DNA of 64,000 nucleotides from the IMG/VR virus record IMGVR_UViG_3300025131_000014, positions 26,317 through 90,316 of that record. One strand, given 5' to 3'. Positions 35,702 to 45,165 of the stretch are shown in pieces; positions within the stretch are counted from its first letter, which is position 1, and each line of letters begins with the position of its first letter. Below the pieces are notes generated by a model, which saw only the letters and a list, made by a program, of their open reading frames with translations, did no database searches and had not been told where the DNA came from. This stretch comes from a virus. A program made the position numbers and the translations under genes.

Positions 35702-36843
35702 AATTTTATCATAAATGCTAGTGTAAAATATTCTGGTCTATTTTCGTGTCCAACAGAAGCTGGTGTACTATCAATTGTAACTGTTCCTGAAGCACCAGTT
35801 AAATCTACAGCTGCTGTTCCTGTTAATGTATGTGAGTGACCTGGAAGATGAACTACAGGAGCTCCTTCGGGTGGATCTACTGTAGGAGGATATTGTATTT
35901 GGGAGCCTTCTTCATAAGTATAAATTATTTTATCAGGCTGATCACTTGTACCTCCTGGATTATGAGGATTGGTACCATAATCAAGTGGGCCAGCTAAACC
36001 TCCACTAATAACATTAAATCCTTCATAATAACCTGATCCTGCATTAGTTCCTTGTACTCCATGTTTGTGCATTCCATCTCTAGCAGTTTGAGCAGCACTT
36101 AGATCTACTGTAGCTCCTGCTGCATCTAAACTAAGACTTGCAGTATGTGTATGTGCTCCTACTTCTGCTGTAGATAATGCTACAGTTGTGGCACCTCCTG
36201 TATCTCCAATAGCATTATAGTCTGGATTATTGAGACTATCTGGAGAAGAGTAAACTGCTATGAATTTTGATTCTATTGCAGGTACTACTAAAGGAGCTCC
36301 GTTTCTGTCTGTAGTTGAACCAATACTATTCATACATAAGCACCATCCTTCTACGTCTGTTCCTGGTATTCCTTTTCCTAGTAAAGTAGGATCTGCTACT
36401 ACTTCAGGATCTGTAGATTTATAAAAGTTATTAGCTGATCCTGAATACATTTGAATATATCCTATTCCATGAGCTTTATTTGCATAAGCTAGACTATAGC
36501 TTGAACTACTTGGCATTGCTTGTAGCATTATTACCCAAGCAGCTCCATCATATATATAAACTGTATTAGTAGTTGTATTATAATATGCATCATTTTCTAC
36601 AGGACTTCCAGGATCAGTTGCAGAGTCTCCTCTCCAGTTAATCGATATTCCATCAGCTCCAGCAGGACCAGTCGGTCCTATTGGACCTATAGGACCATCT
36701 GCTCCCGTATCCCCTTTGGGTCCAGTTGGCCCCGTTAGTCCAAGTGGTCCAGGTAGACTAGTAGGTAAGACTATATCGCCACATGAACAAGTGTTACATG
36801 CATCATTTGTGTCTCCTGTTAATACTCCTATTATATCTGCCAT
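35698..36843 (-). CDS. Collagen-containing tail fibre with collar-like domain (381 aa)
   Basis: G-X-Y repeats, GWCLC...GDTGG, HTHT/HSH metal-binding fibre-tip motifs, HENRPEYFTLAFMIKL C-terminus. Confidence 0.8.
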   Translation of the reverse strand: MADIIGVLTGDTNDACNTCSCGDIVLPTSLPGPLGLTGPTGPKGDTGADGPIGPIGPTGPAGADGISINWRGDSATDPGSPVENDAYYNTTTNTVYIYDGAAWVIMLQAMPSSSSYSLAYANKAHGIGYIQMYSGSANNFYKSTDPEVVADPTLLGKGIPGTDVEGWCLCMNSIGSTTDRNGAPLVVPAIESKFIAVYSSPDSLNNPDYNAIGDTGGATTVALSTAEVGAHTHTASLSLDAAGATVDLSAAQTARDGMHKHGVQGTNAGSGYYEGFNVISGGLAGPLDYGTNPHNPGGTSDQPDKIIYTYEEGSQIQYPPTVDPPEGAPVVHLPGHSHTLTGTAAVDLTGASGTVTIDSTPASVGHENRPEYFTLAFMIKL

Positions 36844-36856
36844 TCTTTATTCATTT

Positions 36857-38371
36857 TTATGGTGGTGATGAATCACAAGTCATCAAACACCAGTCGTTAT
36901 TTATACCAATAGTTTTAATTTTTACATAAACACTTCCTGATCCATCTGTCATTATATCACCAGGATTACCAAAGTGATCTGTAACTCTAGGATCAATTGC
37001 CGCTACTGTACTTACTGGTCCATACATAGTTGGATAAGGATTCCAATCACCTAAAACTGTAGTATTAGGACCTGTTTGGTTTATAGTTAGTGACCCATCA
37101 TAAGATATAGCTGCATATCCTACAGTACCAAAAGATGGATGAGTTCCATTTACATTTATCCTCATTGCTTTTTTGTAATCAGTCCAATGAAGAGGAGTTG
37201 GTGCTTCATTTTCATTTGTTACTCCAGTTACTGCCCAATTATTACATATTATTTGTAAACCACACTGCCCAGTTTGTGCTCCTGTTTTGTAAAATATTCC
37301 AAGAGGAGCATAGTCTTTCGCTGCGATGTCTGATTTTGTGAGAATCCATATATTAGAAAGTACAATTCTTGACCAAGCATACATACTTGTTACTTGTATA
37401 GGAGCTCCTAAATTTACACCAGTAGTTCCTTCTGCTTCATAATAATCATGTAATTCTTCTCCTACTATCCCTACAAATTCACAATCCATAAGTAGTAGTC
37501 TGGAACAAATAATAGAATTTATTTCAATTGCTACTTGTGAATCTTCATTTGCTGTACCAAATTCTCTAGTTCCAGTAAAAAGACAGTTAACAAATGTGGC
37601 TCTTTTAGAACCTGCACCTATTATTAATCTATATCGAGTTACTCCATTATACAGCTTAAAGCGATTTCCTCCCCCATATATTTCTATTCCTTCACCAAAG
37701 TTTAGATCTAAATCTGCATCTAAATCTATTGAAGCTCCTAGTTTTACTATACCTGCTTGTGCACCATTAGGATTTATTCCACCTACATTATTAAAGTAAT
37801 CAAAGGCATCTTTTACTTCTTGTAGGGTTATAGCATATATTACTACAGGTTGAATCATAGCAGGAACTCCTGGTTTCCATTGAGATACACCTGCATCATA
37901 TACAAGCATATCATCATCAACTAGACCTGCTACATCTACATCAGCTAAAGATGAAGGAGTTGGTGTGTGGTTTCCTAAGTATAAAGTCTCAGGAACCCAA
38001 TTAACTCCATCCCATACTAATACTTGTCCGTTAATTGCTCCTCCTGAATCTACATTTTCAAGTTCTTCTATGTTACCCGCTATGGGAGTCCATGCAAGTC
38101 CATTCCATTTTAATCTATCTCCTACATCATTACCTCCTGGCACTGGTCCTGGAGGTCCTTCAGGTCCTTCGGGTCCCTCTGGACCCTCGGGTCCTTCTGG
38201 GCCTTCTGGGCCTTCTGGTCCTTCAATACCTTGAGGACCAGTAGGTCCTGTTGGTCCTGTTCCTCCTTCTGGGCCTTCTGGTCCTGTTGGTAATATTAAA
38301 TTCCCACAAGAACATGTATTACAAGCATCATTCTTATCTCCTGTAAGTACTCCTGTTATTTTTGTAGCCAT
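36857..38371 (-). CDS. Collagen-containing fibre protein (504 aa)
   Basis: (GPE)n run, three repeats of the type L.WnG..W.P (two preceded by L.DVD/LENVD), beta-helix-like C-terminal half. Confidence 0.75.
   Translation of the reverse strand: MATKITGVLTGDKNDACNTCSCGNLILPTGPEGPEGGTGPTGPTGPQGIEGPEGPEGPEGPEGPEGPEGPEGPPGPVPGGNDVGDRLKWNGLAWTPIAGNIEELENVDSGGAINGQVLVWDGVNWVPETLYLGNHTPTPSSLADVDVAGLVDDDMLVYDAGVSQWKPGVPAMIQPVVIYAITLQEVKDAFDYFNNVGGINPNGAQAGIVKLGASIDLDADLDLNFGEGIEIYGGGNRFKLYNGVTRYRLIIGAGSKRATFVNCLFTGTREFGTANEDSQVAIEINSIICSRLLLMDCEFVGIVGEELHDYYEAEGTTGVNLGAPIQVTSMYAWSRIVLSNIWILTKSDIAAKDYAPLGIFYKTGAQTGQCGLQIICNNWAVTGVTNENEAPTPLHWTDYKKAMRINVNGTHPSFGTVGYAAISYDGSLTINQTGPNTTVLGDWNPYPTMYGPVSTVAAIDPRVTDHFGNPGDIMTDGSGSVYVKIKTIGINNDWCLMTCDSSPP
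38150..38290 (-). repeat. Collagen-like 9-bp tandem repeat (GPE/GPT)
   Basis: Repeated ggnccttcn units on the + strand encoding Gly-Pro-Glu on the minus strand. Confidence 0.9.
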
Positions 38372-38372
38372 T

Positions 38373-39374
38373 TTAGCAGTTTTTACAATCTTTACAGCCT
38401 AATTCATCAAGTAATGCGTTCAATGTTTTAAGTCCTTTAGTAATAGCATCTTCATTTCCACATATACCTGCGAGTTGAAGAGCTTTATATATTGCGTAAG
38501 CTTCGAGGAATTTTTCTTTAAATTCTTCATTACACTCATCACATTCCTTTAAAAGTTTGGCAGCCAATGCTTTTAATTTACAACAAGCCTGACATAGGCT
38601 AAGTTCACAAAAGTCTGTTTTGTAGTCACAGTAATCATCATTAATTACTTCTATTTCCCAACAATGTATTCCGTCAGTAAATTGTTCATCAAATGTAAGA
38701 GTTACTCCTGTTGTAAATATGTCGCCTACATAAGCACTTATATCATATTTAACTCCGTCTACTGTCAAGAATAGTCCTGAAGTAACCACTACTGAGGGAT
38801 CCCAACCTTCAGCTGTTAGTTTTAAAAAGACATCTTTGCATCCTTCTTTAATATCTAGTTCTGCTGTTATACTAAAATCAACACAAGCCAGACATACTAT
38901 ACAGCTAGCATCTACTACTTGCCAATCTTCTGTCCAACATGTAGGAACTGCGGGTGAAACACTTATTGCGGTTACTTCATAACATTTGTCTGCTTCTGTT
39001 GTACAACCTGGAGTTGTAATAAGACTATTCATTATGATAATATCACTTACAGCAGGTATTGAGGCTCCTATAAAACCAACAATTGTAGTTCCTATTCCTC
39101 CACAAGGAGTTAGTTCAAGCCAATTTCTTGGTCCACAGGAAGAGCATAATAGTGAAGATCCATCAATGGTCAAAGAATACGTAGTCGAGCACGTTCCTTT
39201 TTCTTCAACATACCAGCACATTTGGTCTGGCATATTCGGACCAATTCCTGAATCAGGGGTAATATTTGATAATCTTAGAGTATTACCTACTTCTGCTGCC
39301 AAAAGAGGATCTGTAGATTCAAAACTATAATATGGATTGACTCCTCCACAAGTTGTTAATGTATAACACGCCAT
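38373..39374 (-). CDS. Cys-rich virion protein (333 aa)
   Basis: Two similar N-terminal Cys-rich repeats (L..CGG...C(W/Y).V...C..C) and a helical Cys-rich C-terminal domain. Confidence 0.6.
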   Translation of the reverse strand: MACYTLTTCGGVNPYYSFESTDPLLAAEVGNTLRLSNITPDSGIGPNMPDQMCWYVEEKGTCSTTYSLTIDGSSLLCSSCGPRNWLELTPCGGIGTTIVGFIGASIPAVSDIIIMNSLITTPGCTTEADKCYEVTAISVSPAVPTCWTEDWQVVDASCIVCLACVDFSITAELDIKEGCKDVFLKLTAEGWDPSVVVTSGLFLTVDGVKYDISAYVGDIFTTGVTLTFDEQFTDGIHCWEIEVINDDYCDYKTDFCELSLCQACCKLKALAAKLLKECDECNEEFKEKFLEAYAIYKALQLAGICGNEDAITKGLKTLNALLDELGCKDCKNC

Positions 39375-39393
39375 TTTTTTCTTTATTTATATT

Positions 39394-39435
39394 AAAAAAG
39401 GGTTCCACTTTACTTTGCATAAAGGGAACCCTTTT
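39394..39435 (-). terminator. Intrinsic terminator after the capsid gene block
   Basis: Inverted repeat aaaagggttcc (39396-39406) / ggaaccctttt (39425-39435) with a U-tract on the minus strand. Confidence 0.7.
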
Positions 39436-39555
39436 AGAGAGAGAAATCGTAAGCCCTACTATTTCACTAATATATATGTCTACTCCAAAACATTCCCATA
39501 AAATCCATACATTGTAAGCAAGAGTTTTTAACCCCTGCCTCAATATACGAAATTT

Positions 39556-40722
39556 TTATGCAATTGCTTGACCTGTTGGAGTCGTTGCTAACCACGCATT
39601 TAATATCCCTACTATTGTAGTTGCTGCATATGGGGCTGTTGCTCCAACTGCTGCTGCTGCGCCACCGCCAGCTTCGTAAGGTATAATTGCTTTCTTCGGT
39701 GATGCTACATCTGTTGCAGTTATCGCTGAAGCGTGACAATCTTTATACTCAATTGTAAGTTGATCATACACATTGGCTGCAAGAGCATAGAAATTATTTC
39801 CTAAAGTCTTTTGATCCAAAGGAAATGGAATTCTATAAGGACTTGTTTGCCATCCGTCAGCATACAACTCTTTTGCAATCACATCTGGTCCTAAACCTTC
39901 ACCGAATGTATAATCAACTGCAGGTAATACAGCAGGTACTGGATTCGCAAGAATCAATAAGGCTAAAGCAGTAGTGATGTCTGAATCTGGAGTGAAAACT
40001 ACTCCATTACAATCAAAACCACAATCTAATCCTACATAAAACTGAAGAGGTGAATTGTTTTCAACATATGTTGGATTCAATCCCTGAACTCCTTCGTTTT
40101 CAAATGTGCCTGTTAGTGTGATATAACCATCACCAACTCCAGCTGCACTTTCAGCTTGATAAACTGCAGTTACTAATTGATCTGGATCTTCATTGATCGC
40201 ATCAGTGATTCCTTGGCCAACTTCATCAAAGTCACCGTCAGGACATTCACAAGATGGTCCACAACAAGATGATACAAAATTATAGGTTTTAAGAAGACTT
40301 TGATATCCATAAGTTTGATAAACTCTAGGAGACTCATATCTGATCTTTAAACAATATTCTGTTTCACACTCAGCTGCCCAACCTGCAATAATAGTTGTTT
40401 TAGATGTTTGTGCTTGTGTAGGAACATTATTAGTTCTTCCCATACATTTACCATCAAGGATTTGTGTTCTAATACCTTTTATTGCTCCTGTAGGATCAGC
40501 TGCTAATACTCCAACAAATATTCTTGGGTTTGTTGAAAACGTTGCTGCTGCTGTTATAGGTGAACCATCTTCATCAAAAACTCCAATATCACCTACTATA
40601 GCTGGAACTGCTCCAATTGTAGTTAGGGTTGTTGGGTCTCCGAAGTTTCCACCTGCAATAATAACAGCATTACCTGCAGTATTATCATTAAGTGGGGTTA
40701 CTGTAAATACTCGACTTTCCAT
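39556..40722 (-). CDS. Conserved structural protein downstream of MCP (auxiliary capsid/structural, 388 aa)
   Basis: Third gene after MCP, as in crAss-like capsid modules; GEG.G and YDQLTIEY motifs. Confidence 0.55.
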   Translation of the reverse strand: MESRVFTVTPLNDNTAGNAVIIAGGNFGDPTTLTTIGAVPAIVGDIGVFDEDGSPITAAATFSTNPRIFVGVLAADPTGAIKGIRTQILDGKCMGRTNNVPTQAQTSKTTIIAGWAAECETEYCLKIRYESPRVYQTYGYQSLLKTYNFVSSCCGPSCECPDGDFDEVGQGITDAINEDPDQLVTAVYQAESAAGVGDGYITLTGTFENEGVQGLNPTYVENNSPLQFYVGLDCGFDCNGVVFTPDSDITTALALLILANPVPAVLPAVDYTFGEGLGPDVIAKELYADGWQTSPYRIPFPLDQKTLGNNFYALAANVYDQLTIEYKDCHASAITATDVASPKKAIIPYEAGGGAAAAVGATAPYAATTIVGILNAWLATTPTGQAIA

Positions 40723-40751
40723 TTTTTTAAATTTTAGTTGTTAATAATATA

Positions 40752-41561
40752 TTATTCATTCATACTCGTTTTTATAGCTTTTAGCTGATACATCGGGTGA
40801 TCAATGTCTCCCGAAACTATAGCAACAGCTAAATCTACTACTTCCTTATGCGTATGCTGAGGCAATTCACAATTTTGAACTGCTGCAGCTGGTGTACCAT
40901 CAGCATAGTTATATCCAATAGGCACTCCTAAACTGTTAACTACTCCGTCAGCATAAGATATTCTTAGAGGATGTCTCAGATACTCAACGAAAACGCTGTC
41001 TACTGAGAAAGTCCCATCTGAATACAGATAGATAGCTCCCTGTCTATCTGACGTTGGGTCATCTGGATTATCTCCAAATACCAACGGTACCTCTTCCCAC
41101 TCGAAGGACGGTTTATAAAATGGATCATACAGTACAGTATCGAGATCATCGTGCTGTACTTGTATTCCCCATAGTTTTTTCGTCCCACTTTGGCATGATG
41201 TCTTTGTGCCTTGGCAAGTAATTCTTACCAAAAACATGTAGTCATATGCCAATGCCGACAAATCTGCCCGATAAGTACCTACATCCGAAGTTGTAGATAC
41301 TACCGTGGTAGGTATTGTCGTAGCAGTTGGAGTTGCTGGATCTTCTTTAACAACCAAAGTCTTGAGATCATCAATCCTTTTCTGTGTTTCTTCAAATCCT
41401 TCTCGTTTTATATTCGTAACACCATAACGTTGCTTGATGAATACTGTCTGAGCTTCATTTAAATACCAATCGACTTCTGGGACCAACAAATTACTGTAGT
41501 CCTGGGTGTCAATTTTATTTAGCTTTAGCTTCAGTTCGTAATGCATTTCTTGCACCGTCAT
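40752..41561 (-). CDS. Head-tail adaptor/ring protein (269 aa)
   Basis: MT..EMH..........KID, LNEAQ, FEETQKRIDDL, YLRHP, CELP..HKEVVDLAV motifs of the crAss-like ring protein after MCP. Confidence 0.75.
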   Translation of the reverse strand: MTVQEMHYELKLKLNKIDTQDYSNLLVPEVDWYLNEAQTVFIKQRYGVTNIKREGFEETQKRIDDLKTLVVKEDPATPTATTIPTTVVSTTSDVGTYRADLSALAYDYMFLVRITCQGTKTSCQSGTKKLWGIQVQHDDLDTVLYDPFYKPSFEWEEVPLVFGDNPDDPTSDRQGAIYLYSDGTFSVDSVFVEYLRHPLRISYADGVVNSLGVPIGYNYADGTPAAAVQNCELPQHTHKEVVDLAVAIVSGDIDHPMYQLKAIKTSMNE

Positions 41562-42360
41562 AAGTTCTACTTTCTAAGTCACTCTTTAACTTAATTAATA
41601 ATTCTTGATTCTTCGGATTCTTTAAATTCTGTACTGTATCCTCGTAATCAAAACCAATTTGGCTGTCATTATATAAATAAGCAGCTTGTCTCCTTCGGAA
41701 TATTCCTGTTCGTTCCAGATCGAAAAGTAAAGATCTAATTGCGATCTCGTCATTCTTCATTGAAACTGTTTTTAGGAATGCTTGAGGATCGTCTTCTAAA
41801 ATATCATATAATTTGGTATAAGTGAAGTCAGCTGTATTGTTGTCTCCTACTTTTCCAAATATTTTTAAAAGATCCATCCTTTTTCCAGGTGATAACTTAT
41901 TAAACTCAATGACTGCTTTAGCTTTTATCTCAACTTTCTTAGCTTCAGATTCAATTTCCTGTTGCTCATCAAATATAAGGTACTTAGCTTCAGGCCAATG
42001 TCCTTCTTCAAGTTCTTTTTGAGAGTTTGCTACATATTTGCAAGCTCTAAGTACGCTGATCCTAACTTCATCGAGAGCATTATTAATATCAAATACCATG
42101 GTTTTATCATGCATTTTGACTTTGAAATGCGTCCAATATTCGTTACTGTTCGAAGGTTGAAGGTTTGCACCTAAAATTGCTCCTAACCTCTTCGCATCCT
42201 CCTCGTCTAAGCCAGTAGCTAGGTGACCTAGCTTACTGCTATAGACAGGTTGAATTGTATCATAAGTATCAGCAAACTTTGTTCTTCCTTGAAGATGTAA
42301 GTTATGCCATCTTTCCTTAAGTATTGGTTTTACGTATACTAAATGCTTAGTCTTTTTCAT
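41515..42360 (-). CDS. Conserved crAss-like protein immediately downstream of MCP (281 aa)
   Basis: Synteny with the crAss capsid module. Confidence 0.65.
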   Translation of the reverse strand: MKKTKHLVYVKPILKERWHNLHLQGRTKFADTYDTIQPVYSSKLGHLATGLDEEDAKRLGAILGANLQPSNSNEYWTHFKVKMHDKTMVFDINNALDEVRISVLRACKYVANSQKELEEGHWPEAKYLIFDEQQEIESEAKKVEIKAKAVIEFNKLSPGKRMDLLKIFGKVGDNNTADFTYTKLYDILEDDPQAFLKTVSMKNDEIAIRSLLFDLERTGIFRRRQAAYLYNDSQIGFDYEDTVQNLKNPKNQELLIKLKSDLESRTYDGARNALRTEAKAK

Positions 42361-42385
42361 ACTATTATTTTTATACGGTTAATAA

Positions 42386-43831
42386 TTAGTCTGTTCCTAA
42401 AATAAGTTCTCCACAACGAGTTACATCATCAATTTGGACTCCGCACTGATCATGAACTATCATTGTATAACTATCTTTGGAATTACTCATTAATCCTCCT
42501 TTGTTAGCACCATAAGGTGTTTGAAGACCTGAAACATAACCCAATTTATATCCAGATTTTTTGTGGACATATTTGATGTTGCTGTCTCCTGCTCCTCTAC
42601 CGCCGAAGTCTAAGAAGGTAAACCTCATAGATTCAACTGGAACTTGTAAATTAGGATCCATTTGATGATTAATTTCCCTATCGTCATAAATTGGATTGTG
42701 ACGAAGAGTAAGTGTGATTCCATTAGGTCCCACATACTTAACAAACTGACCACCGAATTGAAGATTATTTCCTGAAACTCCTGTTCCAGCACCTTTAATG
42801 AAGTTAGTGTCAACTGTCAAGAAAGGAGAAGATGCATTTACCATGGCTTGGTGGAATGCTAACATTCCATATTCACCAGTGTAAGCTACAATGTTCCTGT
42901 TTGACATTTCAACTCTTCCAAAGAAGATGTCAAGTAAGAACTCACGAATCAACTTTTCAGTTAATGTATTATATACATGTCTGTGAGAATCTCTTAGAAG
43001 ATCTTGGATACCAGGACCAGTTCTTGCAGCTCTACCGTTTGCTCCACGTACTGTATTTGCTCTGGTGTTATACCATAAACTTCTTTCAATCTCTTTATAC
43101 CATTGGATCCAGTATTCTGCTTCAGCATATTTAACCCATTTGAAATCTTTATAGGTTTTACCATCAGCATCCATAAGTGCTACTACTAATGCTTGGTTAG
43201 CTGCGTCTCCTGTAACTGAATACTCTTTTCTAAGAGTAGAAAGTTGAGAACGTAGTTTCATAGGCATTGCGTAAGTAGTGGAACCTGATTGGTCACCGCC
43301 TTCTTCGTATACTGAGAATAATTTACTGAATGGTTTACCAGGTGCTAGTCCTGCTGCTGGAAAAGATAGAGTAGTATCATCTGTTAACAAACGTACTACA
43401 TATATATATCCGTCTCCGTCAGCTACTGGAGATTGTTGTACACGTAATTTGAAGTCTTTTCCGACATCACCTACGATAACATCACCAGGTTTAAACCAAT
43501 CTTCGTCCAATTTTAGATTAAAGTCAATTAATCCTAGTCCAGGATGTGTGATACCACCAGTGGCGTCTCCTAAACTAATCAAAGGACGAGATGATGCTCC
43601 CATCAATTCCCATTCCCAATCAAATGATTCTATTTCTGAAGTTCTACCTGCTCCTTTGGTCATCGCAATAATTGGATTATCAGACAACCTAGAAGCTGTA
43701 AAAACTCTAGTTAACACTTGATCAAATTTATGAGGCTCGGCTAGAAACGCAGCACCTAAGTGATTTACTTCGGTGAAGTTCGCATGCCAAGGCCTTGTTA
43801 ATACTGTTAATGAATTTCTTGCTCGGCTCAT
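42386..43831 (-). CDS. Major capsid protein (481 aa)
   Basis: Size and position after an acidic scaffold-like gene; motifs RTGPGIQD, YTGEYGM..FH, GGQFVKYVGPNGITLTLRHNPIYDD, ESMRFTFLDFG typical of crAss-like MCPs. Confidence 0.9.
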   Translation of the reverse strand: MSRARNSLTVLTRPWHANFTEVNHLGAAFLAEPHKFDQVLTRVFTASRLSDNPIIAMTKGAGRTSEIESFDWEWELMGASSRPLISLGDATGGITHPGLGLIDFNLKLDEDWFKPGDVIVGDVGKDFKLRVQQSPVADGDGYIYVVRLLTDDTTLSFPAAGLAPGKPFSKLFSVYEEGGDQSGSTTYAMPMKLRSQLSTLRKEYSVTGDAANQALVVALMDADGKTYKDFKWVKYAEAEYWIQWYKEIERSLWYNTRANTVRGANGRAARTGPGIQDLLRDSHRHVYNTLTEKLIREFLLDIFFGRVEMSNRNIVAYTGEYGMLAFHQAMVNASSPFLTVDTNFIKGAGTGVSGNNLQFGGQFVKYVGPNGITLTLRHNPIYDDREINHQMDPNLQVPVESMRFTFLDFGGRGAGDSNIKYVHKKSGYKLGYVSGLQTPYGANKGGLMSNSKDSYTMIVHDQCGVQIDDVTRCGELILGTD

Positions 43832-43866
43832 TTTATTAAATTTTAAGTTATTAAATAATTAATCTA

Positions 43867-45060
43867 TCATATTGACCACTCAGCTCCTTTACCAGTTGCC
43901 ATATTTGGTCTTTTATCACCTCCAAATAATCCTGGAGTATCTGTTAGTTCTTTTTTGCTTTGAAGACTCTTCTTGAACTTCTTGCTAAAATTACTTACAG
44001 CTTTCTTTTTTAATCCTTCAAGATCATAATTAGTCATTCGAAGGTAAGCTTTCAAAATAAAATCATCTATATCTTGTGATGAATGCATTTCGTCTGCTTG
44101 AAACTGAGTTACATATTGGTGCGTTCCGTCTTCATTATCTACTTTAACATTCGGCACTGTCATATAATCTACCAGTTGTTTTTTATTTTTTGTAGTAATA
44201 GGAAATCCTTTTACTGCTTCAGAGTCATTTATTTTAGAAGAGATATTCTCTATTACTTCTCTTCTTTGTATCTCTTTAGCTTCTTTTTCTTGATTTCTTC
44301 TCAATTCAAGTTGGTCTTTCTGTTGATTATAGTATTTCAATAATCTGTCTTTAGCTTTATTTGCTTGTCTTTCAAGAACCCCATTGTCTTCATACATATC
44401 AAGAGCTTCAGTTATATCTTCTTGGGAATCTCCACGAAGTCTCATGAATTCCTTTAAAACATATTTCTGATTTGTTCCGTTTTCTCCTCTAACTTCCATT
44501 TGGGAAATGTCAGGAGTTGAAAATGTTTCGAGAAAAGTATTAACTTGTCCTCCATCCATCAAGTGTCTTAACAGTGCTTTACCATCTTCAGGAAGAGATT
44601 TTTGAAAATAATCTATCTCATCTTGTACTCTTTTTTCAACTGTACCATTCACGGCACTTAGAAGTCCTTTTTCTGTAGGCTCAAAGTCATCATCTATTTC
44701 AATGATATCTTGTTTGGCCAATTCTTCTGCGAAAAGAGTAAGAGGATCACCTTCTTCAGTTTCTTCTTCCTTTACTTGTTCTCCAATAGCTTCTTCGTTA
44801 AACTCTACTTCTGGAGTCTCTTTTTTTGGTTCTTCTTTTGCTTCAACAAGGGTCTCTATATCTACCTCTGTATCAGCTTTTACTTCTTCAGCTTCTTCTT
44901 TCTTTTCTACTATAGGTTCTTCTATTTTTAAATTCCCTAGTATAGGATCAGCATCTCCTGTAGTTAAACCGAAAGATTCATCAAAGCTTACTTCATCAAT
45001 ATCCCATATAGCATCTAAGGGTTTTTGATCTTCTGTTGGTTGTTCATTTGTCTCACTCAT
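43867..45060 (-). CDS. Acidic scaffold-like protein (397 aa)
   Basis: Highly acidic N-terminus, coiled-coil middle, directly upstream of MCP. Confidence 0.65.
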   Translation of the reverse strand: MSETNEQPTEDQKPLDAIWDIDEVSFDESFGLTTGDADPILGNLKIEEPIVEKKEEAEEVKADTEVDIETLVEAKEEPKKETPEVEFNEEAIGEQVKEEETEEGDPLTLFAEELAKQDIIEIDDDFEPTEKGLLSAVNGTVEKRVQDEIDYFQKSLPEDGKALLRHLMDGGQVNTFLETFSTPDISQMEVRGENGTNQKYVLKEFMRLRGDSQEDITEALDMYEDNGVLERQANKAKDRLLKYYNQQKDQLELRRNQEKEAKEIQRREVIENISSKINDSEAVKGFPITTKNKKQLVDYMTVPNVKVDNEDGTHQYVTQFQADEMHSSQDIDDFILKAYLRMTNYDLEGLKKKAVSNFSKKFKKSLQSKKELTDTPGLFGGDKRPNMATGKGAEWSI

Positions 45061-45074
45061 AATTTCTCTATTTA

Positions 45075-45082
45075 CAAATATA
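45075..45082 (-). promoter_or_regulatory. Bacteroidota-type -7 promoter element (TAnnTTTG)
   Basis: TATATTTG on the minus strand 14 nt upstream of the scaffold ATG; no clear -33 TTTG seen. Confidence 0.5.
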
Positions 45083-45165
45083 ATAAAATCTATTTTAGTT
45101 TCGTAATATTTCTTGTTATGCTAATGCTCTTTTATTTCGTTTCTTATAGCGGAATGTAAATATAC

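Noticed and set aside
38150-38290. Tandem repeat as a regulatory or mobile element
   Set aside because: Fully explained by collagen-like Gly-Pro-X coding.
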